DNA of 64,000 bases from Myxococcota bacterium (GTDB lineage Bacteria; Myxococcota_A; Polyangia; Nannocystales; Nannocystaceae): assembly GCA_039194325.1 (NCBI GenBank), contig JBCCWC010000007.1:64001-128000 (forward strand), in the 5' to 3' direction. Shown piece by piece: positions 48,723 through 59,000 of this stretch. The notes under the pieces are model-generated. The model did not search any database. It saw only the letters and a list, made by a program, of their open reading frames with translations, and was not told the origin of the DNA. Within the stretch, counting starts at the first letter, position 1. Each line of letters opens with the position of its first letter. The position numbers and the translations under genes were made by a program.

Positions 48723-50194
48723 GGGGCTCCAAAGGCGTCGGTATCGACGATGCGGTGGATGAGACGGTTGGCCGAGTAGCCGTCGGTGAGCAGGCTATCG
48801 GTGAGCTCGGCAAGCTCGGCGTACTCGCCCGGACCCAAGTGGCGGTCCAGGGCGTGGGACAAGAAGGTCTCAGCCATGGTGCGGCGGAAGTTTGGCGACT
48901 CGGCGGCGACGGCGGCCCACTGCACGACGTCGTCGACGGGCTGCCCGAGCACTACGCTGCGCTGCTGCTGCGGATCCCAGCCTTCGATCATGTTCATGGG
49001 ACGCTCGGGCAGGTACGTGCCCCCCGAGCCGGGTAGCATGCTCTCGAGGCCGACGTAGTACGCAAAGGCGTAGGCCAGGGGATCGAGCGTCGTGTGACAC
49101 TGGGCGCAGGCCGGCGCGGCGACCCCTTTGTTGTCGATGTCGACCGGCTCGCCGGGCACGGGGAGGATCCCCTCGTCCCGGGACAGATCCATGCCCAGGT
49201 AGGACCGATAGGCCTGGGCCGCCGTGGTCCGCGGAAGTCCGCTGAACATGGTGTTGAGCACGATGAACCACTGCGTGGTGATCATCCCCGCGCGGTGCTC
49301 CGGGGCGAGGGGCTGCCCCCCGTTGAAAAAACCCGGCGCGATCTCGATGTCGGGCATGATGGCGCCCTCTACGGGCATCAGACCGCCGGAGCCGTCGTCG
49401 ACCACGTGGTACTGCGCGGTGAGGAGCTCGCGCATGTCCCGGTCGTCGGTCAGCACGTAGCGCCACAGCCGGTAGTCCCACTCGTAGTCGGCGAGCACGC
49501 TCCGCGCCGGGCCTAGCTGCACCTGGCTGTCGGGGCCCAGGGCCAGCACCGGTCGGATCCGGCGGTCGGCGAGGCGACTCAGGCCCGCGTGGCGCCAGTA
49601 CTCGGAATCGAGGCAAGCCGAGAGCACACTATGCACCTGCTCGCGCTGCGCATCGACATCGAGGGCCGCGAGCTCGGTGCGCGTCTCGAAGCTCGCCGAG
49701 TGCCCGCAGTAGAGCACCGACACTCGCTGGAGAGCAAAAGCGGCGTCGTATCCACCTAGGCGATACCAGGGGTTGTCGTCTGCGGTTGGGGGCTTCGGCG
49801 GGCTCCATAGCGAGTCAGGATTGCCAGGGTTGGTCCCCAGCTGCAGCTCGTCGAGGTTGGGCACCCCGTCGCCGTCCGCGTCTTCGAGCTCGATCGCCCG
49901 CAAGGCCGCGCCGAGCTGCTGGTCGAAATCTCCGCCGGACGCTCCATCGTGTAGCGCTGCCATCACCGACGCACCGTAGGCATTCCAGCTCGGCGGATCG
50001 GTGGAGTCGTGGCAGGTCGCGCAGGTGACCAGCCGACCGGAACAATCGGGGCTCTCGGGGTAGACCTCGCACATGCGCTCGGGCCCCGTAGGACGAGCGT
50101 GAGCCGGCGTAGGGTTGGCGAGCGCACTCAGCCCGAGGGCGCTGCCTATCATGGAACGTCGCAATGCACGACGCGTGTCACTCGTGATCTGCAT
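48719..50194 (-). CDS. Secreted protein with two CxxCH heme-binding motifs
   Basis: CATCH, CAQCH, DADGDGVPNLDE; signal ending AHA. Confidence 0.75.
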   Translation of the reverse strand: MQITSDTRRALRRSMIGSALGLSALANPTPAHARPTGPERMCEVYPESPDCSGRLVTCATCHDSTDPPSWNAYGASVMAALHDGASGGDFDQQLGAALRAIELEDADGDGVPNLDELQLGTNPGNPDSLWSPPKPPTADDNPWYRLGGYDAAFALQRVSVLYCGHSASFETRTELAALDVDAQREQVHSVLSACLDSEYWRHAGLSRLADRRIRPVLALGPDSQVQLGPARSVLADYEWDYRLWRYVLTDDRDMRELLTAQYHVVDDGSGGLMPVEGAIMPDIEIAPGFFNGGQPLAPEHRAGMITTQWFIVLNTMFSGLPRTTAAQAYRSYLGMDLSRDEGILPVPGEPVDIDNKGVAAPACAQCHTTLDPLAYAFAYYVGLESMLPGSGGTYLPERPMNMIEGWDPQQQRSVVLGQPVDDVVQWAAVAAESPNFRRTMAETFLSHALDRHLGPGEYAELAELTDSLLTDGYSANRLIHRIVDTDAFGAP

Positions 50195-50219
50195 CGAGTC
50201 CTCTCTTTAGTTCGTCACA

Positions 50220-50287
50220 CCATCACCTCGCCACGACGAGGCCATTACTTCGCGCGCGGCGAGGCCATCACCTCGCCCATGACGAGG
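50220..50287. repeat. Three 22-23 bp units, each with a CCTCG..CGAGG-type dyad
   Basis: CCATCACCTCG-N6/7-CGAGG repeated upstream of the heme-protein gene. Confidence 0.6.
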
Positions 50288-50391
50288 CATTCGGACGAGG
50301 TCCACCTCGCCCGCTCGACTATTCGGATGGGAGTTGATCTCGACCGCGCCGCCTATTCGCGGGCGGGGTCATGGTCGCCAGCGATCGCCGC

Positions 50392-51327
50392 TCACAGCCG
50401 CAGCTGCTGTCGGGCCTCCTGAAGATCCATGGTCATCAGCGGCCGATAGTCCCAGCCCTCATCCAGCGGTCGCACGTTCGCGTTGTAGCCACGCTGCGCC
50501 GCGGCCCACACTTGGCGTAGATCGAAGGCATGGCGCGTGGGCACGGTAAAAGATGGACCCACCCGCAACCCCAGCTCGAAGGTGGTCAACACCGCCAGGA
50601 TCCACGCCGGCCAGCCGGGGTAGAGCATCCCGGCGTAGAAGCCCGCGACCTTGCACTCTCCGGCCGGATCAGTGTCGTAGCCGGTGAGCGTGTGCATGAG
50701 ATCGTGATGGATCGCCGCCTCCAGCAGACCACCGGGCTCTCCTGGCAGGGGGATCTGGCGCTCGGTCAGGTGCGTGCAAAAGGCTCGGCCCACGCTGCCA
50801 TCGGGGAGCTGCCCGAACGCGGCGAAACGCTGCGCCAGTACGGGATCGGCCTTGGTCCGACCGGTCATCGAACGAATGATGTCGATGACGACCAGCGGCC
50901 CTCGCTGCCGCCAGGCGTCCTGGAGCAGCCGGCGCCCGTCGGGAGCCCGCCGCGCCAGGGCCATCGAGATCCGGTGACCCCGACCCCGAGCGGCGTGACG
51001 AAGGGCCTGGGTCCACACCCGATCCGTACCCATGACCGCGGCATAGGCCGAGACACGCTCAGCATCGGCCACCGAAAGCCCGTCGGACTTGAGGCACGCG
51101 GTCACCATCAAGGCGACCAGCGCCACCTCGGCCCACGGACTACCGCAAAACACGGCGAAGTCTTCGGGCTGCCCCTGCTCTGGCCAGGGCCCGAGGACCT
51201 CCTGCGCGAGGGCCAGCGCGTCTTGGGCTCGGGGCCCCGGCTCGTCGGCCACGAGGTCACGAACGCCGGCGACCAGCGCCCGGCGCTGCTCGACCGACCA
51301 ACCGGTGAGTTTGGCTTGATCCATCAT
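50392..51327 (-). CDS. Coq4-like (HDxxH-x11-E) protein
   Basis: LPDGSVGRAF, HDLMHTLTGYDTDPAGE. Confidence 0.75.
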   Translation of the reverse strand: MMDQAKLTGWSVEQRRALVAGVRDLVADEPGPRAQDALALAQEVLGPWPEQGQPEDFAVFCGSPWAEVALVALMVTACLKSDGLSVADAERVSAYAAVMGTDRVWTQALRHAARGRGHRISMALARRAPDGRRLLQDAWRQRGPLVVIDIIRSMTGRTKADPVLAQRFAAFGQLPDGSVGRAFCTHLTERQIPLPGEPGGLLEAAIHHDLMHTLTGYDTDPAGECKVAGFYAGMLYPGWPAWILAVLTTFELGLRVGPSFTVPTRHAFDLRQVWAAAQRGYNANVRPLDEGWDYRPLMTMDLQEARQQLRL

Positions 51328-51923
51328 GATGCTTCCTCCGGCGCTATGCCGTGCAACAACAACTCCACAGTGACAGCGGCCTGCGCCTGGCGAGCGGCGT
51401 CGTCCAGGCGTTCCTGGGCCACGTAGGCGAGCAGCGCCCGCGCCTGTAGGCTCCCAATGAACATCATGGCCACGTGCCTGGGCTCGACGTCGCGGATGAG
51501 CCCCGCCGCCCGAGCCCGCGCGAAGAAAGCGATCATCGCGTCGCCCCCTCGGTCGTGAGGGAGCGTCACCCCATCGGCCATCGCCTGCCGAACCTGCTGG
51601 TCGGCCATCCGCATGGTGATCATGCTCGGCACCGCCTGCTCCAGCACCTCGAGGCCGGTCACCGCAATCTCCCGCAGCTGCTCGTCGAAGGGTCGGTCGT
51701 CGGGGCCCGCCTCGAGCTGGGCGATCGACTCCTCCAGCCCCCTGGGTGAGAGCGCACGGATCATCAGCGCGCGCTTGCTGCCAAAACGCTGCGAGAGCGC
51801 GGGCTGAGACAAACCAAGACGGGTCGCAATGGCGCTCAGGGACGCGCCGGGACCCTGCTCGACGAACACCTCGCGAGCGACCGCGAGGATCTCCTCGTCC
51901 GAGTATCGGGAGGGTCGGACCAT
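51324..51923 (-). CDS. TetR/AcrR-family regulator
   Basis: IATRLGLSQPALSQRFGSK. Confidence 0.9.
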   Translation of the reverse strand: MVRPSRYSDEEILAVAREVFVEQGPGASLSAIATRLGLSQPALSQRFGSKRALMIRALSPRGLEESIAQLEAGPDDRPFDEQLREIAVTGLEVLEQAVPSMITMRMADQQVRQAMADGVTLPHDRGGDAMIAFFARARAAGLIRDVEPRHVAMMFIGSLQARALLAYVAQERLDDAARQAQAAVTVELLLHGIAPEEAS

Positions 51924-52012
51924 CGTGGTTAGTTATGAATCAATCAATAATATTCAGCAACCGGAAATTTGGAGAACTTTCCAAAAGCGCTAAATGCGCT
52001 GATCTGTCTCGC

Positions 52013-53200
52013 TCAGCCCTCGGCCCCCGCGCTTCGCAGCATCTGCGCGAGTTCCTCGTGCCCTTGGTCGACGGCGACGTCCAACGCCGAGCGACCGTCG
52101 GGCGCGCGGGCGTTCACCGAGACGCCCGCGTCTAGCAGTCGCTGGACGATGTCCGCTCGGTTGCGGAAGGCGGCCCATAGGAGCGGACCCGTCCGAGGGT
52201 CGAGCGTCGCGGCCCGTTCCTTCCGTCGCCGCCCCTCGGCGCGCTTGGCCTCGGCACGCTGACGGTGCTCACCGGAGACGTGCGGAAGTAGTTGATCGAC
52301 GACCGCCTCGTGACCTTGCTCGGCCGCAAGCTCGATGGCGCTTGAGCCCCAACGATCCACCGAGTCCAGCGAGACACCGCGCTCGAGCAGCACCGCGATC
52401 GCATCCTGAGCCCCCACGAACGCGGCGTCGTGAATAGCCCGGCGACGATGAGCTCCGTACGCATCGATATCCGCACCGCGATCCAGCAGCAGCGCCACCA
52501 TCGGCGCATCATTGGCCTCGGCCGCTATGGCCAACGGCGCGAAATTCCTGCGATCGTCCTCGATAGGACAGCCTGCGTCCAATAGCATCGAGACCAACGT
52601 CCGGTCCCCGGAGATTACCGACATCTGCACCAGGTAACAGTAAAGCGGCCCCGAGCCATGCTCAGCGAGCAAAGCACGTACTCGCGCATGGTCCTGTCGA
52701 CGGATGGCGTCCCTCATCTCATCCAGTCGCGCGAAACACAGCTCCCGGTTGTTCTCGCTCGTCCACCGATCACGGATCCGCTGCACGATCGCCGCGTCAC
52801 CGTCGGCCAGCGAGACCCGCAGGAGCCCGTTGTCCATGTGGTGCTCGGCCATCCCCGACTGAAGCTCGCTATACTCCACGACGATCCAGCCCTCTTGCTG
52901 CCACCGCTCCAGGCGGCGGCGACACTCGTCCAGGGCCTTGCCCAACTTGCCGAACGAGCTCGACGTGCCTCCGTCCAGGGAAGGGCGCGCGCACGAGTCG
53001 CCTCCGGCCAGCAGCTCTGACGCCAGCCCCTCGATCTCGGTCACGCGGCGCTTCTCGAGGCGAAGCCGTCGTAGGCGAAGCTGGCCCCCGGTGTCGTGGA
53101 GCAGCAACCAGTCGCCGGCCGTAAGCCGCTCGCCTGGCTGGTGAGATCTGGGCACGGGTCCATGGTAGATCAATGTCGCGGTGAGCCAGAACTTCGTCAT
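52013..53200 (-). CDS. Ankyrin-repeat protein
   Basis: PLAIAA..LLDRGADID, GRSALDVA..LRSAGA; start may be 53155. Confidence 0.85.
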   Translation of the reverse strand: MTKFWLTATLIYHGPVPRSHQPGERLTAGDWLLLHDTGGQLRLRRLRLEKRRVTEIEGLASELLAGGDSCARPSLDGGTSSSFGKLGKALDECRRRLERWQQEGWIVVEYSELQSGMAEHHMDNGLLRVSLADGDAAIVQRIRDRWTSENNRELCFARLDEMRDAIRRQDHARVRALLAEHGSGPLYCYLVQMSVISGDRTLVSMLLDAGCPIEDDRRNFAPLAIAAEANDAPMVALLLDRGADIDAYGAHRRRAIHDAAFVGAQDAIAVLLERGVSLDSVDRWGSSAIELAAEQGHEAVVDQLLPHVSGEHRQRAEAKRAEGRRRKERAATLDPRTGPLLWAAFRNRADIVQRLLDAGVSVNARAPDGRSALDVAVDQGHEELAQMLRSAGAEG

Positions 53201-53684
53201 CGAGCTCGAGCGTCGAACTCGGCGCGGCTGGGAATACGTGCGATGGGATCTTCCGCCGGTCGATGACGAAATTTCGACCCAACGCTTGGATCCTCGCGCG
53301 TTCTACGATCGGATCTTCTTCTACGCTATGTCCTCGATCGAGCACCGCATCGATCCCAGCGACTGCCCCAAGCCGCTGGTCACCCGGCCGCGGGGTATAC
53401 CGACCGATCTCTCGCCCGGCCTGGCCAACGTCGAAGAGGACGAGATCTACGTGCTCCACTGGCTGTACCCCAGCGAGGTGCTGCTGTACGACTGGGGCGC
53501 CTACGAACGCTTCATGGACGAGCAGATCCGCCAGTTCGAGCAACGCTACGAGCGACGCAATGGCCGGCCTCCCCCCGCTCGCCGCCCTCTTCGCGCAGGG
53601 CACCATGCGCCGGTCGAGTTCCTCGATGTCGTCGCCGCGCTCGACCCCCTCGACGACCATCGCCTGATCTTCGGCTTGGAGTGA
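53181..53684 (+). CDS. Hypothetical protein resembling a phage-associated family
   Basis: PRGIPTDLS..HWL...E.LLYDW..DDHRLIF pattern. Confidence 0.6.
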   Translation: MSQNFVIELERRTRRGWEYVRWDLPPVDDEISTQRLDPRAFYDRIFFYAMSSIEHRIDPSDCPKPLVTRPRGIPTDLSPGLANVEEDEIYVLHWLYPSEVLLYDWGAYERFMDEQIRQFEQRYERRNGRPPPARRPLRAGHHAPVEFLDVVAALDPLDDHRLIFGLE

Positions 53685-53724
53685 GCGCTCGCCACACCCG
53701 CCCGCGCCGCACTACCATGCGCGC

Positions 53725-54708
53725 ATGGGCGGCAACCTCTTCAAGCTCGGCCGTAAGCCCCGCGACGAGTACCTGAGCATCGAGGCCGAGGTGCGACGCT
53801 TCCTCGACGACCTCATCCCCGACGGGTACCGGATCCCCCGCTACTACGCGAGCAAGCCCGACTTCGGCGACATGGACGTGGTGGTCTCGACCGCGGCCGT
53901 GCAGGCCATCGGCGGGGGCGAGGCGTTTCGGGCCGCGATCGTCGAAGGGCTGGAGATCGCCCAGACCAAGAACGTGGGTCACGTCTACTCCACCGCGTTC
54001 CGCGATCTTCAGGTCGACTACTTCACCCGGCCCGCGGAGGTGTTCGAGGCAACCTATCACTACCTGTCGTTCAACGATCTAGGCAACATCATCGGCAAGA
54101 TCTGCAAGCGGCTCGGGCTCAAGTATGGAGAAGACGGCCTGAGCTACGTGTTTCGCCGCCCCTCGCAGCCGAGCTACAAGAAGTCGCTGCTGGTCAGCCG
54201 CGACTGGCCTCGGGTCCTGACCTTCCTGGGGCTCGACGTGGCCGCCTGGGAGGCCGGCTTCGACACCCTGGAGGAGATCTTCGCCTGGGCCGTGGCGTGC
54301 CCGTGGTTCTCGGTGGCGCCCTACGACGATCGCGACCGGACGACCGAGCAACGCGCCCGCCGGCGCCAGACGATGGCCCGCTTCATCGAGTGGCTCGCGC
54401 AGGAAGGGATCGACAAGCGCTGCGAGTACCAACCGGAGCGCGACGCCTACGTGCCCCAGATCGCCGCGGCCTTTCCCGAGGCCCAGCTCGAGGCGGCGCT
54501 GGCCCACGAGCGCGAGCAAGAGGCCAAGGTCATCGCCCTGCGCGAGAAGTTCAGCGGCGACCTCGTGCGCACGTGGACCGGCCTGGACGGCAAGGCGCTG
54601 GGTGCCTTCATGCGACGCTTTCGAAAGGCGCACTCGCAAGAGGAGCTGCTCGCCATGTCACCGGCGGCGATCCGAGCGGTGGTGGAAGGGTTTTCGTGGG
54701 AGGAATAG
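53725..54708 (+). CDS. Pol-beta-superfamily nucleotidyltransferase-like protein (phage-type MGGN..FGDxD family)
   Basis: MGGNLF, KPDFGDMDVVV, LQVD third acidic residue, NDLGN, GLKYG. Confidence 0.75.
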   Translation: MGGNLFKLGRKPRDEYLSIEAEVRRFLDDLIPDGYRIPRYYASKPDFGDMDVVVSTAAVQAIGGGEAFRAAIVEGLEIAQTKNVGHVYSTAFRDLQVDYFTRPAEVFEATYHYLSFNDLGNIIGKICKRLGLKYGEDGLSYVFRRPSQPSYKKSLLVSRDWPRVLTFLGLDVAAWEAGFDTLEEIFAWAVACPWFSVAPYDDRDRTTEQRARRRQTMARFIEWLAQEGIDKRCEYQPERDAYVPQIAAAFPEAQLEAALAHEREQEAKVIALREKFSGDLVRTWTGLDGKALGAFMRRFRKAHSQEELLAMSPAAIRAVVEGFSWEE

Positions 54709-54763
54709 AGCGGGAGGCCGTTGGGAGATCGACCGAACAAAATGAGCAACCAAGGTCGGGGAC

Positions 54764-55120
54764 TTGGAGCGGTTTGCCTGGTTCGCGGACAATACCGGCG
54801 CCGCAGAGCGAGGTACCGTGAACGCCCGGGTGCACGCGGTGGTGACCAAGGGGGCCAATCCGTGGGGGCTCTACGATGTGCACGGCAACGTGTGGGAGTG
54901 GACCCTCGATGCCTATGCGCCTTATGCAATCCGTGCTCGTGCTCGTGCTCGTGCTCGTGATGGCCTGAGAAAGAAACCGGTCGGCGATGTCAGCCGAGTG
55001 TTTCGCGGTGGCGGCTTCAATGACTCCGGTCGCCTCGCACGCTCGGCCTTCCGCCTGCGGGGCGACCCCCACGTCGGCTACCACTTCGTGGGATTTCGAC
55101 CCGCTCGAGCGATCCGCTGA
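54764..55120 (+). pseudogene. Formylglycine-generating-enzyme (SUMF1/CLec) domain, C-terminal fragment
   Basis: NPWGLYDVHGNVWEW, RVFRGG, RSAFR, GFRPAR; (GTGCTC)n expansion. Confidence 0.8.
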
Positions 55121-55567
55121 CCTCCTCGACCCGACTTCGGCGCCATTGGACGTGGTGTCTCGAGCCCGGCTGTGCAGGCCATCGACGAGCGCGAGGCGCC
55201 TCGAGCAGCAATCGTGGGGGCGCGGAGATCATCCAGATCAAGAGCGTGGATCGGCGACGTTTCGGCACACTCCCGGTCATCCATGGCTACGAATGTCGCC
55301 ATCGTCGGACTGGCTCATGTTGTTGCTGCGATCGTCGATCCATCAGTCGCCAGACCGTAATTCATGCATATCGGATCGATCGGGTGAATATTCCACGCCG
55401 AGGTCGTCACTCCCCGATTGTAGACGGGAGCCGATGGGAGCGGGCCTCCTCCGAGCAGGAGGAACCCCAGATGGCCCCCGAGCGAACCCCAGCGCCCACG
55501 CGCAGCTTGACGGAGAATTCCAATGTCCAACGACGCTTGCTCCAGTTCGGTTCACAAGGGGGACTCC

Positions 55568-55845
55568 ATGCCTTTCGCGCTCCGCGCATCGTGCCTCCAC
55601 AAGCTGTTCGCCGCGCAGGTCGAGCGCATCCCAGACGGCGCGGCGCTCGGATCCGAGAGTCGAACGCTCGATTCTCGGAAGACGGTGCGTTCCCCGTGGT
55701 GCTGACCACCGAGCCACCGCCCCCGCTGCCCCTCGCCCCCGCTGCCCTCATGGATACGAGGTGCCCGAGAGGCGAAGCCGGCGAACTCGCCGCCCACCGG
55801 CGGGTCGAGATTCGCGGCGATCATCCGAGGACTCGCGTGCTCGGC
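55568..55845 (+). pseudogene. Relic of an NRPS adenylation-domain N-terminus
   Basis: CLHKLFAAQVERIPDGAAL...RTL; PVVLTT in another frame. Confidence 0.5.
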
Positions 55846-56039
55846 GCTCAGCACTCCGCACGCACCACTCCGCACTCACCATGCGGGCTGCCCACCGCCG
55901 AGCTCGAAGCGTAGTCTCTGTTACACTTTTTCATTGATGCTTATCCTACAACTTCATACCCTCAAATCCATACCCTACGCGGGAGCGCGACCGACCGCGT
56001 ATATGGGGGTTTCCCTGAGGTAGCCTCTCGTGGATCGCG

Positions 56040-59000
56040 ATGATCAATCCCAAGCGGTTTCCAAAGGACGAGATCCTCCGCGCATTCACCCAGAGCATGG
56101 CGGGGGACCAGAGCGAGCCGGTCCAGCTCGTAGACCCCACGATCATCGCCGCCCAGTCCTGTCGATTCGTTCGGGCGAACACCAGGCTCGTCAAGATCGA
56201 GTATCGCACCAGCCCTCGGCGAGCCGTCGTCATGGTGTGGGTGCTCGTCGATCTCTCGACGCTACACATCATTCCCCTCACTTTCGAGAACTGGGCACAG
56301 TTTGCCCGCGAGGGGGCCCAATATCTGAACCTGGACGAACATTCCGCCCTAGACTACGCACGCACGATGCACCACCTGACCGGCGTGTGCTTCATCGAGG
56401 CCATTGATGACGTCGAGTGGTTCTCCCCCCTCATGCTCGAAGAGCGAGAGGCCTTGCGCCAAAAGCTTCGGGAACACCCCCCCAAGGTGGTCGAGGCGAG
56501 CGCTTCGTCGGTGCGGCTGGAGTGGTGCACCCTCGACGGCGACGAGCTGAAGCGGACCCGCTGGGATCTGGTCTTGGAGAACAAGAGCGACATCGGCAAC
56601 ATGCACTACGCCGGTGAGCTCATCCCCGCCAACGACGAACCACCTACGGTCATTCTGTCAGGGCTCCCGATCAACTACCGCCCTCCTCCGGGCACGCGCC
56701 CCTTCATCGTCTCCGAGCAGGCCCCGACAGACGATGATGGATGGCAAGAAGTCGGCGCCCAAGAGGCCCACCTCATCATCCGCGACATCAACCGCCAGAT
56801 CACTCCGCTCATAGACGCCAAGCGCTCCACCATGCGCAGGAAGCGACTCCACTGGTACGATATCGACCTGCTGAAGCTCGAGACCCGCGGCGCCGACACC
56901 CCCGTACACGAGATCTTGTGGAACAAGGGCCTCGCCGTTGCCCTCGATGGGACCGCGGCGCCGTTCCACCGACTCAACGACCGGCGCCGGGCCGAGCAAA
57001 ACTGGGCGCTGACCTCGGTGCACCACGCCCTCGAGTATCTGATCTTCTTCAGTAACCACCTGTGGGGCTCCCCCGAAGCCGGTCCCTTCGAGATCGTCTC
57101 GACGCCCGAGCACCGTTGCTTCACCGAGGCTGACCCCGACTCCGTTGCAATGGCCCCCGGGGCGGAGCTCGAGCAGGTCAAGGCCGAGATCGCCCCACCG
57201 ACCATCGAGCGCCAAGAGGATGGCTTCACGTGCGCGGATGCCCATGTCTTCTGCAACAGCGCGCTGTTCCGCGTTACGTTCCAGATCGACGAAGACGCGC
57301 TGGTCATGATGACCTCCGATGAGCCGCTCATGGTCTGTCGGCCGGCCACGCGAGAGTCATGGACCCCACCACCACCGCCGCAGACCACGTCGAGATGGTC
57401 GAGGGGCGATACGTACCGGGTAATCTCGGGTGCCGAGTTCACTGAGGAACTGATCTCCCGAGACCAAGACCTAAACACCCACCGGATCGAGCTCAAGAAC
57501 TGCATCGTCTGGGGCCGTGTGTCCCTCGCGGGGGTGGATTTCCGCAAGGGGATCGAGCTCCACGGCTGTCGATTCAGAGGCCCCGTCGACCTCCGCTCGA
57601 CTCGATTCAAGGAGTACGATTTCATCGGCTGCAGCTTCGAGGGCGGCCTCACACTCCAGCGCGCAGAGGACGGCTCGGTGACGTTGCGGGACACCGTCGT
57701 CCTTGCCGGTGTAGACGATGGCCCATTCTCGCGACTGAGCCTGAACGAATCGAGCATAAGCTCGCTGTCGATCGTACAGTCTCATTGTGCAGCAGACCTC
57801 GACGCGAGGTGGATCCGCACGAAGGCCAACGCCTATATCGCGGGGCAGATGCTCGCCGACGTCGATTTCTCACGAGCGGTCGTCGACGGAAGCTTCGGCC
57901 TTGGATGCGACGAGAGCTATGAGCTCGGAATTCAGATCGGCGGCACCCTCTACCTCGACAACACTCGGGCCGAGTCCGTCGAGATCTATGGCTCGGAGAT
58001 CAATGGCGGGATCTCCTTCCAGCACGCTCTGATAAAACAATCCATCGCGATCTCCGGCTACCTCGAAGACAGTCGGTTTCGCCCCTTGCGCGTCGGCGCC
58101 GACCTTGGTCTCGATCCCGAGGGCCCAGACAAGGCCGGGGCACGGCCGGTCGGGCTCAACCTCTATGGCACGCTCGTCGAGCACAACTACATCATCTTCA
58201 GGGGGATCGACGTCTGCGGGACGGTACGCGGCGACTTCATCAACGTGGGCACCGGTCTGTTCATCGATTCCTCGGGGGCGGACATCGTCAACCACATCGA
58301 CGGCGATCTCGAGCTCGGAGGTGCGCACATGCAGAAGATCCTCCGCATCGATCAGCTCGAGGTGACCGGGAGCGTCTACGCCCGCCAGATCGAGACCCAG
58401 CGCCTGAGCTTTGCGGTGGGCCACTGGCGCGACCACGGGACAAGCACCGAGCAGGCGGGCTCGCGATTTCCGGTGAAGATCGGTGGCTCGCTGAGCCTGG
58501 TCGGCGCCAAGTTCACCGGTGAGGTCTGCATGGCCGGGGTCGACGTCGGTGCTTCTGGAGATGGAGATGGATCCGCTGCGACCTCGCTCGATCTCCACGG
58601 GGCGCAGATCGGTGGAACGTTGATGTTCTACGTGCCGAGCGGCGATGATCGACTTCGCCGGCAAGACGGCACCTTCGCGTCCACGCGTGGACTATCGTCT
58701 CGCTTTGATCGCGGGATCAAGCTGTCTGGGACCATCGTCAACGGGGACATCGTCCTGTCCCACGTCGACGTACGCGATGGCGCGATCAACCTGCGGGACT
58801 CCGAGATCAACCGAGACATCACGCTCACGAGACACGACGAGCAAGAGCCAGCCACCGCGGGTGCGCTCGTGCTCGACGGGGTCGAGTGTCTGGGCAGCAT
58901 TGATCTGACGGGACTGGAGCTCGAGCGCTCTGACGCCGACTCCGGCCGCATCCTCGGGCGCAACCTGGCGGTGCGCAAGCAGCTAAGCCTGGCCAAAGAG

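Noticed and set aside
54764..55120. DGR target or template repeat (CLec/FGE C-terminus)
   Set aside because: No second copy differing at adenines, no AAC-rich template and no reverse transcriptase in the window.
52013..56000. Prophage or integrative element
   Set aside because: No integrase, structural genes or att repeats seen; only isolated phage-like genes.
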